A DNA stretch of 64,000 nucleotides, from NCBI GenBank assembly GCA_964016885.1, contig OZ024741.1, positions 204,228,001-204,292,000 on the forward strand, given 5' to 3'. Within the stretch, counting starts at the first letter, position 1; each line of letters starts with the position of its first letter. A program made the translations under genes and the position numbers. This stretch comes from Eledone cirrhosa. Taxonomy: Eukaryota. Below the pieces are notes generated by a model that was not told the origin of the DNA, ran no database searches, and saw only the letters and a list, made by a program, of their open reading frames with translations. Below are positions 14,699-26,750 of this stretch, one piece after another.

Positions 14699-15830
14699 CA
14701 AAGTTCAAGTAGCTTCAGACCATTTTCATTCACTTTACCAATGCCATGCCGGCTAAGAACGTTCCAAAGTTTACAGTTTGTGCCAACATGTACATTGAAG
14801 TCACCAAGAAGTATTAGCTTCCTATCATTCGGCGCGGAAGTAATAGCAGTATGAAGGCTTTCATAGAAAGTCATAACTGTGTCTTCATTGACTTGAGGAG
14901 TTGGAGCATAAACTGAAAATATTATCGCAAAACATCCACACAAGAGTAGAACTCGTAGCTTCATTATGGGATCACTAATGTTATACGAGCACTGTAAATG
15001 TTATGCCAGAGTTGTTCTGATAGCAAAACCAACAGCACCTTAGTGATGCTCGCCTTTGGGCTTACCAACCCAGAAAACTGTATATTCTGATGATACTTCA
15101 ATCAACTGATTTTCACCTGACAGGCGCGTTTCTGAGAGAGCTCCAATATCTATATGCAGTCTTTGAAGTGCTTTAGTTACAAGTGCAGTTCTTCATTCTG
15201 GTGGGTTTGATGAATTCTGATCCAAAAGTGTTCTAACATTCCAACAACAGAGGTTGAGCTTAACTCGCTGTTTTGAAATTAATTTATCATGTATATCATC
15301 TTTTCTTCTCCTGCTGACATGAACCACCGTTAACGACAAGGAATTAACCAGTGTTGATGTGACAGGCAATGTTCAGTTCGCCTTTTCCAACACCTTCCAG
15401 TGCTCTCCCTAACATGGCTGCTCAAATACAAGAGCTTCCATCGAACTTAGTCCATGTCACAGGAAGACACAACAACGATGTTAAGATAAGACCCCTGCCG
15501 CCTATGTGCAGATTTGTAATTGTGTGTTTCTAACTGGTTAGGTCCGCACTTGTCACCACTCCTCCATCGCCATAGGTCTTTTAACAGATAAAATGAGAGA
15601 TGAGATCATGGAAGAAATATCTGTACATAATTGGGTTATAGTAATAAACGCTTGTACAACACGTGTACCACTCTCTAAGTCTTGTGATTATTATGTGATG
15701 ACAAGCATAAGCAAGATGACCAGTAATCACGTAAACTGCAGGCTTCACTTCAGAGTTTCACTCTCCTAAAATAATGCCTAGAAGAACAACGGCCCAGGTC
15801 TTTCACTCCCAGTGGACTTCTTCTTTTTTC
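14699..15830 (-). mobile_element. RTE LINE 5' part: AP-endonuclease pseudogene plus 5' UTR
   Basis: Minus-strand reading WNVRTLLD..RTALV..LQRLHIDIGALSETRL..VGFAI, FSVYAPT..FYESL..LILLGDFNVHVG..GIGKVNENGLKLLELC, with stops. RTE 5'-UTR-like TAGGAGAGTGAAACTCTGA motif near 15750-15770. Confidence 0.88.
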
Positions 15831-16304
15831 TCATCTACAGACGCCTGACCTGAAGATGAGCTGCAGTAGTTCGTTGACTTTTGGATACGGATGTTTGACC
15901 AAGGAGGGTCTTTCGATCAACATTAGAGGACATACACAATAGATTCTGACTTTAATTTATCTGCTGTAGTTCACCATCCACCACGGTAAAAACACATTGA
16001 TTCACCGTAACCCTGGCAGAGTATATCCCTTGCCAAAAAAGTCGTCCGTGGTTTGGTCTGGATCTGCTTATTGGTAGACCAAGGTCCTCCCAATCCAGTT
16101 TAACTTCCAAAATTTTGCAAGTTACAAAGGTGAAAGAGTTCAAGTTAAAAAAGTAAAAGGTTAAAAGCGTTAAACGTCAAAAGTTAAAAGGTAAAGATTC
16201 GAAAATACAGTCACCGCCACACAATTATATACATATATACTCACTCTTGGATAACCGTTGACTCTCATAAGTTCGTCCGCCCTTTGACGGGTTGTTTTTC
16301 ATTG

Positions 16305-16562
16305 ACTTGCACTTGATAGGTTGATACTGAGTGCAGCATGGCTGGAATGAAAATCAGTGCTGTAAAAACTGAAACACTCGTCCGCTCAAGAAAGCCTGCG
16401 CAATGCACTTGACATGTGAATGGAGTTCCACTGAAAAGGCATAGAAATTCAAGTATCTCGGGGCCGTGTTCACGAGTAATGGAAGGCAGAAGGCAGAATT
16501 AAGTGCAAGAATTGCAGGAGATAGTGCAGTAATGTGCTAGCCTTAGCATTCAGTAATCAGAA
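16305..16562 (+). mobile_element. RTE (Expander/Rex3-like) RT fragment, part 1
   Basis: ECSMAGMKISAVKTE..FKYLGAVFTSNGR..ELSARI with stops and frameshifts. Confidence 0.75.
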
Positions 16563-16615
16563 GGGACTCTTTAAAATGTTCTTTACCTTTATATGGTATA
16601 TATATGCCTTTATAT

Positions 16616-16663
<48 letters not shown>

Positions 16664-16810
16664 TTTATACGGTATATATATATATATAAAATATTTCGTT
16701 TTAATCATTTTCTGACCCAGAAAAAAGAGAGAGAAATAAAAAGGGAAAAAAAAATATTTTTCTTCCTAATAATCGTATTTTTTTCCCTGTTTTCATATAT
16801 ATATATATAT

Positions 16811-18810
16811 GTAGATAAATCTACCAAAATATACGGTAGTGTCCAATCCGTATGAAGAACTCAATGTAATCCAAATATCATGAAAAGAGAAGATGCATTC
16901 AAAAATTGTCGATGAAAATCATAGGAAAACAGAGTCAAGATAAATTAATATACCTTGCACCAATAATACTTCAAACATACAACCCAATATTACCAACAAA
17001 CACCAAATGAAAAACCCACACCTAAATGCCACTCACACTACACCCCAAAATACCAACCTAAAACTTATTTTCTCTACCTCTTCTCACATAAAATATAATG
17101 ACTTTCAAAAAAACCATTCATCCTAATACTCCAATATATGTTAACAACATTACTAACAAAATTCCTAATAATCAAACTAAAACACCTAAATCAGTTAATC
17201 TAACTAAACCTATATATAATAAATTCACTAATAGTAACTCTCTTAGTAAACATCCTGATACATCGTATAAATATAAAAAACAATATCGAAACCGTAATAG
17301 ACGGGTTACTTGGTATAATGCTCCATTTAATCTACAAATTAAAGATAATATCCCTAAAAAATTGTTTACTATCCTAGAGAAAAACTTCCTGCCAAACCAT
17401 AAATACCATCAAATTTTAAATAGATCAACTGTCAAATTTTCCTACTCCACTACCAAAAATATACAACAAAATATAAATGCGTACAACGCATATAAATGTA
17501 AAAAAAACTACGAACACATCAAACCAACCATAATACTAAAATAAACCGCAACAAACCACCATCTCCTTCACATATAACAAGTCAAATAAATTCCACACCA
17601 AATTTAACTAACTCCCCCGATATAATATTCACGAATGGTTGTAACTGTAGAAACAAAAGAAATTGCCCATTAAAGGGAAATTGTCTTATTAATAACATAG
17701 TCTATAAATGTAAATTAGCACTAAGGACTCCACTTATTCATATATAGGAGCTACGTCTAACCAATTTAAAGTAAGATTTAATACCCACAAACATAGTTTT
17801 AAAAATGCCGCATTAGCTAATACAACATCCTTGGCTGAAACAATTAATAATTATAGAAAAAAGAATATCAGGAACTTTTTGAAATAATGAAATCTAAGGA
17901 TATCCTATTAAATAAGCGACAAGAATTAATTATATCTTGCAATCATAGAATTAGAAGAACTTTCAAATATTATAAACCTAATTAATATACACCTTACACT
18001 TATATTTTACATATTATTATAATTTTTTTAAAATTTAGTTAACCTATAATTAGTACTTTACTACAGAGAACTTCATAATTTTATTTCCCTCTTACAGCTC
18101 TCTTTTCCTAAAATTAATACCTAAAAGTATACATATAAATTAATTTAATTTCCTGTTATGAATCTAGATTCCTTGTAGTTTATATAAGATTGGTATTTCT
18201 AAATACTACCATTATCCCAAAATTTTATTTTCCTTCGTTTTTAACAACATTCTTTAATAACATCTAATTCTTATTTATCACATCCATATGAAGTAATATA
18301 AATTTATCCCTATCAATTAATTTAATTTCTTGTTATAGATCTAGATTCCTTGTGGTTTAAATAAGATTGGTATTTCTCACTTACCCTAAAATTTTACTTT
18401 CCTTCGTTTTTAACACTATTCTTTAATAACATCAAATTTTCGTGTACCCTTCACCGGCTTGACCTCTTTTCATCCCCAAAGTATTCTTTTCATTCAAAGT
18501 ATTCTTTCTATTCAAAACATAAGTCTGCATCCCTCTATCCCTAAATTAAATTTCTACTACTACTATTCTATCAACTTGACCTCTTACTACTTTTCTATTG
18601 GTCAATTCAAACCCAAACAGACCTATTATATTAAATCTTTGTTGGTTTTTTTCAATAAACAAATCTCATCATTTCTGAAGACAGCATATATATGTGAAGG
18701 TATGTATATTTCCTCTGATAGTTTGATATATTTTTACATAGATCTATATGATATACATACCAAGACACATATATATCCTAGAAACGATCGTAAAATGATG
18801 AATTTTTAAA
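16811..18810 (+). mobile_element. 5'-truncated Penelope-like element (Naiad-like GIY-YIG end) with inverted pLTR piece at the 5' end and a hammerhead-bearing pLTR at the 3' end
   Basis: RNRRVTWYNAPF..LEKNF..HKYHQILNRSTVKFSYS, then CNCRNKRNCPLKGNCLINNIVYKC..YIGATSNQFKVRFNTHKHSF (GIY-YIG). 16811-16950 is the inverse of the pLTR extension at 62820-62966. Flanked by (TA)n. Confidence 0.85.
18667..18800 (+). ncRNA. Type I hammerhead ribozyme motif with ~100-nt stem II
   Basis: Stem I CATCATTT/AAATGATG; core CTGAAGA...GAAA; palindromic stem III CGATCG; cleavage triplet GUA. Confidence 0.8.
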
Positions 18811-19050
18811 ATATATATATATATATGAATTACTACCTCCTTATGGACAACTGTCGTTGCACACCAGGTCCCAACACAGAAGAGCCGGACTCCCACAGTC
18901 ATCGCCTCCATCTCGATCGCCCTCCCTATCTCTCTGTATTTTGAGGAAATGGGGTTCCACGTGCTGGCCACCCCACGGCCCCAACGGACAGAATGGAGAT
19001 AGCATTTCCCTGGAGGATGGTAAGAGAGATGGATCAGGTGGGAGGTAGGT

Positions 19051-19620
19051 GTAAAAGCCAAACTCGCTATCTTAAATTCGGTATTCGAGCCAATCCTTAC
19101 CTATGGTCATGAATCTTGGGTATTGACCGAAATAATACGATTACGAATACAAGCGGCCGAAGTGGGGTTCCTCTGAAGAGTCTTGAGAGTAACGTTACTC
19201 GATAGCGTGCGTAGCTCAAAGATCAGAGAGTCACTCCGGGTAGAGCCGCTGCTTCTTCAAATTAAGAGATCATAGCTCCTGTACTATGGGCATGTGGTTA
19301 GGATGTCTCAGGAAAGAATCGCTGTTCAGATTTTACGGGCAAAACCAATTGGCATGAAACCCAGGGGTAGACCACGAGCAAGATGGTTGGATAATATCTA
19401 TGAGCTCTTCTGGCCTGGCCTAGGGATCCAGTCGGATCAGTTGGAAATGGTTGCTTCTGACAGCACCTGCTAGAAGGAGTGTTTGAGGACGCTTCCCCCA
19501 TGACCCTTTCAGGAATAAGTGGGTGAAGAAGAAGAAGAAGAAGAAGAAGAAGAAGAAGAAGAAGAAGAAGAAGAAGAAGAAGAAGAAGAAGAAGAAGAAG
19601 AAGAAGAAGAAGAAGAAGAG
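19051..19620 (+). mobile_element. RTE (Expander/Rex3-like) 3' end with (GAA)n tail, part 2
   Basis: KAKLAILNSVFEPILTYGHESWVLTE..RIQAAEVGFL*RV..DSVRSSKIRESLRVEPLLL..YGHVVRM..RGRPRARW. Continues part 1 and ends in (GAA)n. Confidence 0.85.
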
Positions 19621-19824
19621 ATTTGGTGGTATGTCCAAGATCACTCTCCTCACTAAGCTAACTTGGTGGGATTGCCGGTTTAGTTACCGACGACCCGACC
19701 AGTTTGTACTGGGTTATGTTACCATACATGCATACATACACATGTACATACACATATACAAAAATACATAAATACATACATACATACATACATACATACA
19801 TACATACATACATACATACATACA

Positions 19825-19851
<27 letters not shown>

Positions 19852-19855
<4 letters not shown>

Positions 19856-20412
19856 TATGATATGGGACAGGGAGAAGAAAACATGCACAGTAGTGGAAAT
19901 TAGCTGCCCAGCAGATGCCAATATAATATCAAAGATTAGTGAAAAGGAGAATATTTATGCAGAACTGATGAGAAATCTGCAGATACTCCACCCTGATTAC
20001 ACCTTCAGATTTATGCCTGTGATTATTGAGGCACTGGGATATGTTAGTAACTGCCTCAATACAAATCTTGAGAAGCAGGGCTTCACAGGAACAGAAAGAA
20101 CACAACTACTTAGGAAATTACAATTACAATCCATTAATGGAACAGTAAAAATATGTAAAACATTCCAAAAATGTTGCATCTAATAACTGCATATACACAT
20201 GTACAGATACAAAGCATATACACATGCACACATACAACTGAAAACATACGCATCCATACATACAATAACATCCATATCTACACATGCAGGCATACATACA
20301 TATCTACATAGTTGATGTTGTGTAAATTCCAATGAGAAAGTCTTGTGTCTATGTTAGAAACCGACTCTCTCTCTATTGGGAAAAAATTTGTGAAATAATA
20401 AAACCAGAAGAA
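19852..20412 (+). mobile_element. R4/Dong-like family 2, 3' fragment in (TACA)n
   Basis: IMIWDREKKTCTVVEISCPAD..K..Y..MPVIIEALG plus a 3' UTR matching ~52070-52620. (TACA)n on both sides. Confidence 0.9.
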
Positions 20413-20421
20413 CATACATAC

Positions 20422-21027
20422 ATGATGGCTGCCAACTCGTTTTCGAGTACGGCCACTACTTTAAATCCATGTAGGAGAACCCCTACCGATGTGCTGAACG
20501 AGTGTGATTTTTTAGTCCATCCAGCGACTTGAAAACTCTGGTACAAACACTACACGTGTGACAATTATTGACACATAGTGCTGGGCCCATGGTACCATGT
20601 GACGACAAGTGCAGAGAGATCTCCAGATATAAAGCAATGTCTGTGCCGTGAAGCTTTTATAGTGAGCAAAGGCACTGCACAAAGCCAGTCCCACTCTCTT
20701 TACCAAGATGATATTTACCAAAAAGAAGAACAAGTCAACATCATTGGATACCATCAGGGTTGCAGGTGTTATATCAGAGTTTTCCTTCTCCTAGAATTCT
20801 GCCTTGACAAAGGCTAAGGGGTCATCTCTCCCGGTGATTTTGGATGGCCATTGACTTTTAAGAGCTCCTTTGCCCTTTGACAGGTTTTGTTTTTAGTCCT
20901 GCAGGATGTCCAAAGTCACCCTCCTCACCAAGAAACCTTGGTGGGGTTGCCAGTTTAGTCGCCAACGACCAGATCATGGGACAGGTTGTACTGGGATACA
21001 TGTTACTAGTAGCCCAACTGATGACCT
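20422..21027 (-). mobile_element. ~600-bp non-autonomous RTE-derived element (family A), full copy
   Basis: Highly similar copies at 21197, 43851, 48141, 53800 and 61800 (inverted). RTE 5'-UTR-like CTAGGAGAAGGAAAACTCTGA. 3' stem-loop CTCG-AAAA-CGAG followed by a (TGTA)n tail. Confidence 0.8.
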
Positions 21028-21120
21028 TACATACACATACATACATACATACATACATACATACATACATACATACATACATACATACATAAATATATAT
21101 ATATATACACACACACACAC

Positions 21121-21165
<45 letters not shown>

Positions 21166-21196
21166 TACATACATATATATATAGATATATATATAT

Positions 21197-21806
21197 ATGG
21201 TGGCTGCCAACTCGTTTTCGAGTACGACCACTACTTTATATCCATGTAGGAGAACCCCTACCGATGCGCTGAACAAGTGTAACTTTTTAGTCCAGCCAGC
21301 GACTTGAAAACTCTGGTACAAACACTACATTTGTGACAATTATTGACACATAGTGCGGGGTCCATGGTACCGTGTGACGACAAGTGCAGAGAGATCTCCA
21401 GATATAAAGCAATGCCTGTGCCATGAAGCTTTTATAGTGAGCAAAGGCACTGCACAAAGCCAGTCCCACTCTCTTAACCAAGTTGATATTTAGCAAAAAG
21501 AATAACAAGTCAACATCATTGGATACCATCAGGGTTGTAGGTGTTATATCAGAGTTTTCCTTCTCCTAGAATTCTGCCTTGACAAAGGCTAAGGGGTCAT
21601 CTCTCCCAGTGATTTTGGATGGCCATTGACTCTTAAGAGCTCCTTTGCCCTTTGACAGGTTTTGTTTTTAATCCTGCAGGATGTCCAAAGTCACCCTCCT
21701 CACCAAGAAACCTTGGTGGGGTTGCCAGTTTAGTCGCCAACGACCCGACCATGAGACAGGTTGTACTGGAATACATGTTACCAGTAGCACCAACTGATGA
21801 CGTGAC
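21197..21806 (-). mobile_element. RTE-derived family A, second full copy in tandem
   Basis: Co-linear with 20422-21027, separated by (TACA)n/(TA)n. Confidence 0.8.
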
Positions 21807-22113
21807 ACATACATACACACATACATACATACATACATAAGACGCCATAATTACTTTGTAAGTACCTCCATCGTTGACTTTGTCTTTTCATATCTTTCTT
21901 GACAATGTATATTTTGCAAAGAGATATTTTCGAAAGCATAGATAACGTTTATGTGGGTACTATTGTCATTTTCATTTACGGAAAATACCGGAACTTCTCT
22001 GTGTTCTTAAAAGGAAGAATTACGAAGCTTAATGTGTTTATAAAGACATTTACATATAATATAAATATAAATATACAAACTTACAAACATACTTTTATGA
22101 ATTGACACTCACA

Positions 22114-22261
<148 letters not shown>

Positions 22262-22603
22262 CGTCTGTGTGTGTGTCTGTGTGTATGTCTGTTTGTGTGC
22301 GTGTGCGTGTGCGTGTGTGTGTGTGAAACTAGAACCGTCAATTGCCTTAGCTTGAAAGTAATTACATCTAGAGCGAATCAAAGCTGTCCACAAACTAAAT
22401 CAAGCATAATTTAGTTTGTGGCCAGCTTTGATTCGTTCTAGATGTAATTATAATATAATCAAGCATAATTTATATATATATATATAAACGTTTGTATATG
22501 TATAATAAAGCCAAAACAATGCAGGTATGGACATAGAATAAAGAATGCAAATGCAAAAGATATTGTTGACAATTAGTCTTTTACCTTAGATTTATTTAAA
22601 TGT

Positions 22604-22638
22604 CCTTAATTTTCGAGATAATATCTCTTCTTCAGAGG
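22604..22638 (-). ncRNA. Minimal hammerhead motif
   Basis: Minus strand CCT-CTGAAGA-A-GAGAT-ATT-ATCTC-GAAA-AT-TA-AGG: stem I 3 bp, stem II 5 bp, palindromic stem III AATT. Confidence 0.55.
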
Positions 22639-22824
22639 GAAATAAAGCTCTCAAACCAGTGTTCTAAATAGCTTGCCAAGTCATGCCAGCATGTCCTTGA
22701 GCAAGACACTTTATTTCACGTTTCTCCTTCTACCTGGAGTTGCGACCGATAGATAGTATTAGCAATTGGAAAGACCAACGGAAACATTGTTCCCTCGGTC
22801 CGATTTGACGAAAGTCGATCGTTC

Positions 22825-22902
<78 letters not shown>

Positions 22903-22934
22903 TTCAAGAATTTTATATTCTTCGAATGAAAAGA

Positions 22935-23017
22935 ACCTTCTGACGAGAATCTTTCTTTGCAACGAAGGCCGTATGGTCTCCGTTTATTTTTGGGATTCGA
23001 AACCGATCGGTAAAAGT
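22935..23017 (+). ncRNA. Hammerhead ribozyme motif (copy 1)
   Basis: ACCTT-CTGACGA-GAATCT...GGATTC-GAAA-CCGATCGG-TA-AAAGT; one stem I mismatch. Confidence 0.75.
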
Positions 23018-23419
23018 AACTATAGTAGGTAAAGTCAATTTTTTAAAATTTATTTTGAAACTTTTTCATTATTTGCTAAACCTTGTTTATATATGTTCTG
23101 GCTCGTTAATTTATTAACCTGCCATTGAACCACATTGGCATTTGGTTGGACAATACATGCGTCCCTTAGCGCCTTGTGCGTGTAGGAACACATATCCTAT
23201 TATTACTATTCTCCTCTATTGTTGAGAGACAAATTGGGTCGTTCCGACTGCTGCTAGTGATAGTTGCGGCCGGTTTGACCTACCTCCCTCTGCCTCTATC
23301 TTTACTTCGGCCCTTGAAAAAATTGATTCCACATCATTCACTCTCATCCCAGGAACAGTTTTGGATAGCGCTAGTTCGTAATTTAAATTCAAGAATTTTA
23401 TATTCTTCGAATGAAAAGA

Positions 23420-23502
23420 ACCTTCTGACGAGAATCTTTCTTTGCAACGAAGGCCGTATGGTCTCCGTTTATTTTTGGGATTCGAAACCGATCGGTAAAG
23501 GT
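23420..23502 (+). ncRNA. Hammerhead ribozyme motif (copy 2)
   Basis: ACCTT-CTGACGA-GAATCT...GGATTC-GAAA-CCGATCGG-TA-AAGGT; perfect stem I and canonical core. Confidence 0.82.
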
Positions 23503-23570
23503 AACTATAGTAGGTAAAGTCAATTTTTTAAAATTTATTTTGAAACTTTTTCATTATTTGCTAAACCTTG

Positions 23571-23677
<107 letters not shown>

Positions 23678-23693
23678 ATATATGTGTGTATAA

Positions 23694-23768
<75 letters not shown>

Positions 23769-23790
23769 TAGATATATAGATAGATATATA

Positions 23791-23889
23791 CAGGGTGTCC
23801 GAAAAAGTGTATACACACTTCAACAGCATTCTAATAAATATTGCCTGTAGTGGTATTCAAAGTGTCTATACATTTTCGGAGACACCCTG
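23791..23889. mobile_element. Tc1/mariner-type MITE (99 bp)
   Basis: TIRs CAGGGTGTC../..GACACCCTG extending into imperfect arms; TA on both sides. Confidence 0.8.
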
Positions 23890-24127
23890 TATATATGTAT
23901 ATATATTTCCAAGAGATGGCAATATGAATGGACCTCTTAATTTTCTCTAAAAACATTTTTTCCAATTCCGCCCGGCCCGTTCCTTCAATGTTTCTAAAGG
24001 ACTAGTGTCCGAAACGTTAAAACCCTCTTCCTGCTATTTCAAGCGTTAAACTAATATATTCCTTCCATATACTGTACCGATTGTATTGTAATTTCTGTTT
24101 ATTTTACATACATATATATGTATGTAA

Positions 24128-24783
24128 ATAGCGATATACATATGTATGTATATATAGTGTATTTTGCAATACACTGTATGCTTAATTAAAAGCATTTTGA
24201 AGACCTTACGCTATTGTTTTCAAGTAGTGACTATGTCACTTACTTCTATTTTCAGCAAACAAGGGGAGATAAGCTGACAGAGCTCTGTTTCGTACTGTTG
24301 GTACTTATCAAAGCCTAGCCCTCCTCGTGTCTGCTGAAAATTATGAATGTTGGATTCTTATAGAATTCCTGTAATAATCAGGAGCTGATTATACAGAGCG
24401 GTTGCCGATCCAGCAAAAATTGAAAATTAGAATTGGTGCTCTGAAATAGCGATATATATATATGAATGTATATATAGTGTATTTTGAAACCGCTCTGTAT
24501 AATCAGTTCCTGATTATTACTGGAATCCTATAAGAATCCAACATTCATAATTTTCAGCAGACACGAGGAGGGCTAGGCTTTGATAAGTACCAACAGTACG
24601 AAACAGAGCTCTGTCAGCTTATCTCCCCTTGTTTGCTGAAAATAGAAGTAAGTGACATAGTCACTACTTTAAAACAATAGCGTAAGGTCTTCAAAATGCT
24701 TTTAATTAAGCATATAGTGTATTGCAAAATACACTATATATACATACATATGTATATCGCTATTTCAGAGCACCAATTCTAAT
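24128..24783. mobile_element. Fold-back PLE pLTR structure (~275-bp inverted arms)
   Basis: 24128-24403 vs 24488-24765 are inverted. The spacer piece ATTAGAATTGGTGCTCTGAAA is inverted again at 24763-24783. A single-arm relative lies at ~28355-28652. Confidence 0.8.
24575..24620 (+). ncRNA. Minimal hammerhead, U3-A8 variant (mirror copy at 24271-24316 on -)
   Basis: AGGCT-TTGATAA-GTAC-CAACA-GTAC-GAAA-CAGAGCTCTG-TC-AGCTT. Confidence 0.75.
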
Positions 24784-24895
24784 ATGTATATATATATAAA
24801 TGAAGTATTTCCGTAGGAAAGGTACAGGAAAAGAGAGTGCTCTATGTAGGCTACAGAGGTTATTAGTTATGTAATAAACAACATAAGATAATTAT

Positions 24896-24956
24896 TTCAT
24901 TTACCAGTGGTTTCTTGAAGACAGATATTTATATCTGTCTTCAGCGTCAGAACGAA
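24896..24956 (-). ncRNA. Hammerhead-like motif with one core change (A9C)
   Basis: Minus strand TTCGTT-CTGACGC-TGAAGACAGATAT-AA-ATATCTGTCTTCA-A-GAAA-CCACTGG-TA-AATGAA. Confidence 0.5.
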
Positions 24957-25215
24957 TAAATAACATGGTGTGTTTATTAAATATGGATTTGAAAACAAAA
25001 TTTAGGAAATATGAAAGTGAGGCTGAAATCAAATAGCGGGATAAAAGGATTGAGGGGAAAAAATATATAAATAAATATCCAGAACATAAACATACACTCA
25101 ACCACGCGCTTATACGTAATAGTACGTGGACGTATACTTTCTCACATAAGCGTATTTGCGTCTACATGGAACAGACACATAAATATATATATATATGTAT
25201 ATATATATTTATTAT

Positions 25216-25322
<107 letters not shown>

Positions 25323-25936
25323 TTGTTATACTTGGGGAGGGTCATATTTGTGTAATATTGCCAGAATTAATAACAGAACACACTCACTGTTTGGTTGGTT
25401 TTCGCTTCTCGCTTCTGTGTCTTTTATATCGGTAATCTAACTTACTCGGTCCTCAATGTTGCCATTGACTGACCGGCGGTCAAAAATAATACAGATACAA
25501 TATAGACACAAACACATATATATAGTTTATCATAAATCTTTCGTTGCACATCTGCAACATCGTCAGTGGTGCTATATTTTCCTCCTGTTGTATTGTATGT
25601 CTACGCCATTTTTATTCAGTCTGTCTATATATTTATTTATTTATTTGCTTGTTTGTTTATTTTATTTTGTCTTCTTTGCGCATGCGTTTGCGTGTGTGTA
25701 TAGTGTTTTGTTTGCTGTGTGATGGGTGACTAGTGTGTGTTTATGTGCTTGTTGTTATTGTGCTTGTGTATGTATTTATTTATTTATTTATTTATTTATT
25801 TATTTTATTTTATTTACTTATTTATACTTCTCTTAGGTCAGTGTTGTTTGTTTGGGTGTTGTTGTTATTCCATTCATTCTTTCTGTTTAGCCTTGGTCTT
25901 CTAATTTCTATTTCACTGACCTCTCTCTATATATAT

Positions 25937-26365
25937 AATAACAGGAGGTTGGACTGGTGTAATTGCTTAAAAGGTTTATTGTACTATGATCATTTCAAAG
26001 ACCGGGTTCAGTATGAATCCGGTGACATCATCAGGTATTCGAAATATAACAAAGGAATATAGTAGACAAAATCCATGGGGCTGAAAATCAGAGACATGAA
26101 GGCGACCAAACATTTAGCAGCTTCTACTCCGGTCGACCGCCTTGGATTTTGTCTACTATATTCCTTTGTTATATTTCGAATACCTGATGATGTCACCGGA
26201 TTCATATTGAACCCGGTCATTGAAATGATCATAGTATAATAAACCTTTTAAGGAATTACACCAGTCCAGCCTCCTGTTATTTTATAATAATTAACTCCGT
26301 ACTCGCACCACCAACTACACAAACGAAGACGGGTGAGTTGCATTACGTTGAGTGCTCTCCATAAT
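25937..26365. mobile_element. Fold-back PLE pLTR (139-bp arms) with a hammerhead in each arm
   Basis: 25937-26075 vs 26143-26281 are inverted. ATAC-CTGATGA-..ACCGG..CCGGT..-GAAA-TGATCA-TA-GTAT at 26180-26237 (+), mirrored at 25982-26038 (-). Confidence 0.75.
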
Positions 26366-26539
26366 ATTACATCGAGGTTGACCATACGGAATGACCAGTT
26401 CTATCCAGTGGTGAACCAACAAACCTAAATAAATATATATATATTTGTTTTTTTTTTATTTGTTTTGCGATATTTCTTATTTGAAAAATTTGGTTGGTTC
26501 GATAAATGGGAGGTTGTTTATCGAACCAACCAACCCGAA

Positions 26540-26604
<65 letters not shown>

Positions 26605-26718
26605 AACGAGTAGGACCCCGTCGGGATCCTACTCGTTCCTATTACCCACTCTACTACTCTAAGTATTGAGTACTTTGGTGCGTTATGGTCCACCTGGTTC
26701 CTTACCACATTTCCTTTG

Positions 26719-26750
<32 letters not shown>

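Larger units (their letters stand above)
22898..23570 (+). mobile_element. PLE partial tandem: two ~190-bp pLTRs 485 bp apart, each with a hammerhead
   Basis: 22898-23087 duplicated at 23383-23570. Spacer ends in EQFWIALVRNLN (GIY-YIG C-terminus-like). Flanked by (TA)n. Confidence 0.8.

Noticed and set aside
17620-17800. Selenocysteine recoding reported for some Naiad PLEs
   Set aside because: Cys codons in the visible CxC..C..C motif are TGT/TGC. I saw no conserved in-frame TGA and could not identify a SECIS.
20578-20817. 79-aa ORF recurring in several family A copies
   Set aside because: It recurs only because copies are near-identical, starts at GTG, is antisense to the inferred element, and has no recognisable motif.
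23980-24025. Hammerhead-like GGAC-TAGT-GTCC-GAAACGTT (similar partial motifs at ~880, ~1280, ~13330, ~30195-30265, ~48645)
   Set aside because: The CUGANGA box or stem I is missing or broken; at best decayed remnants.
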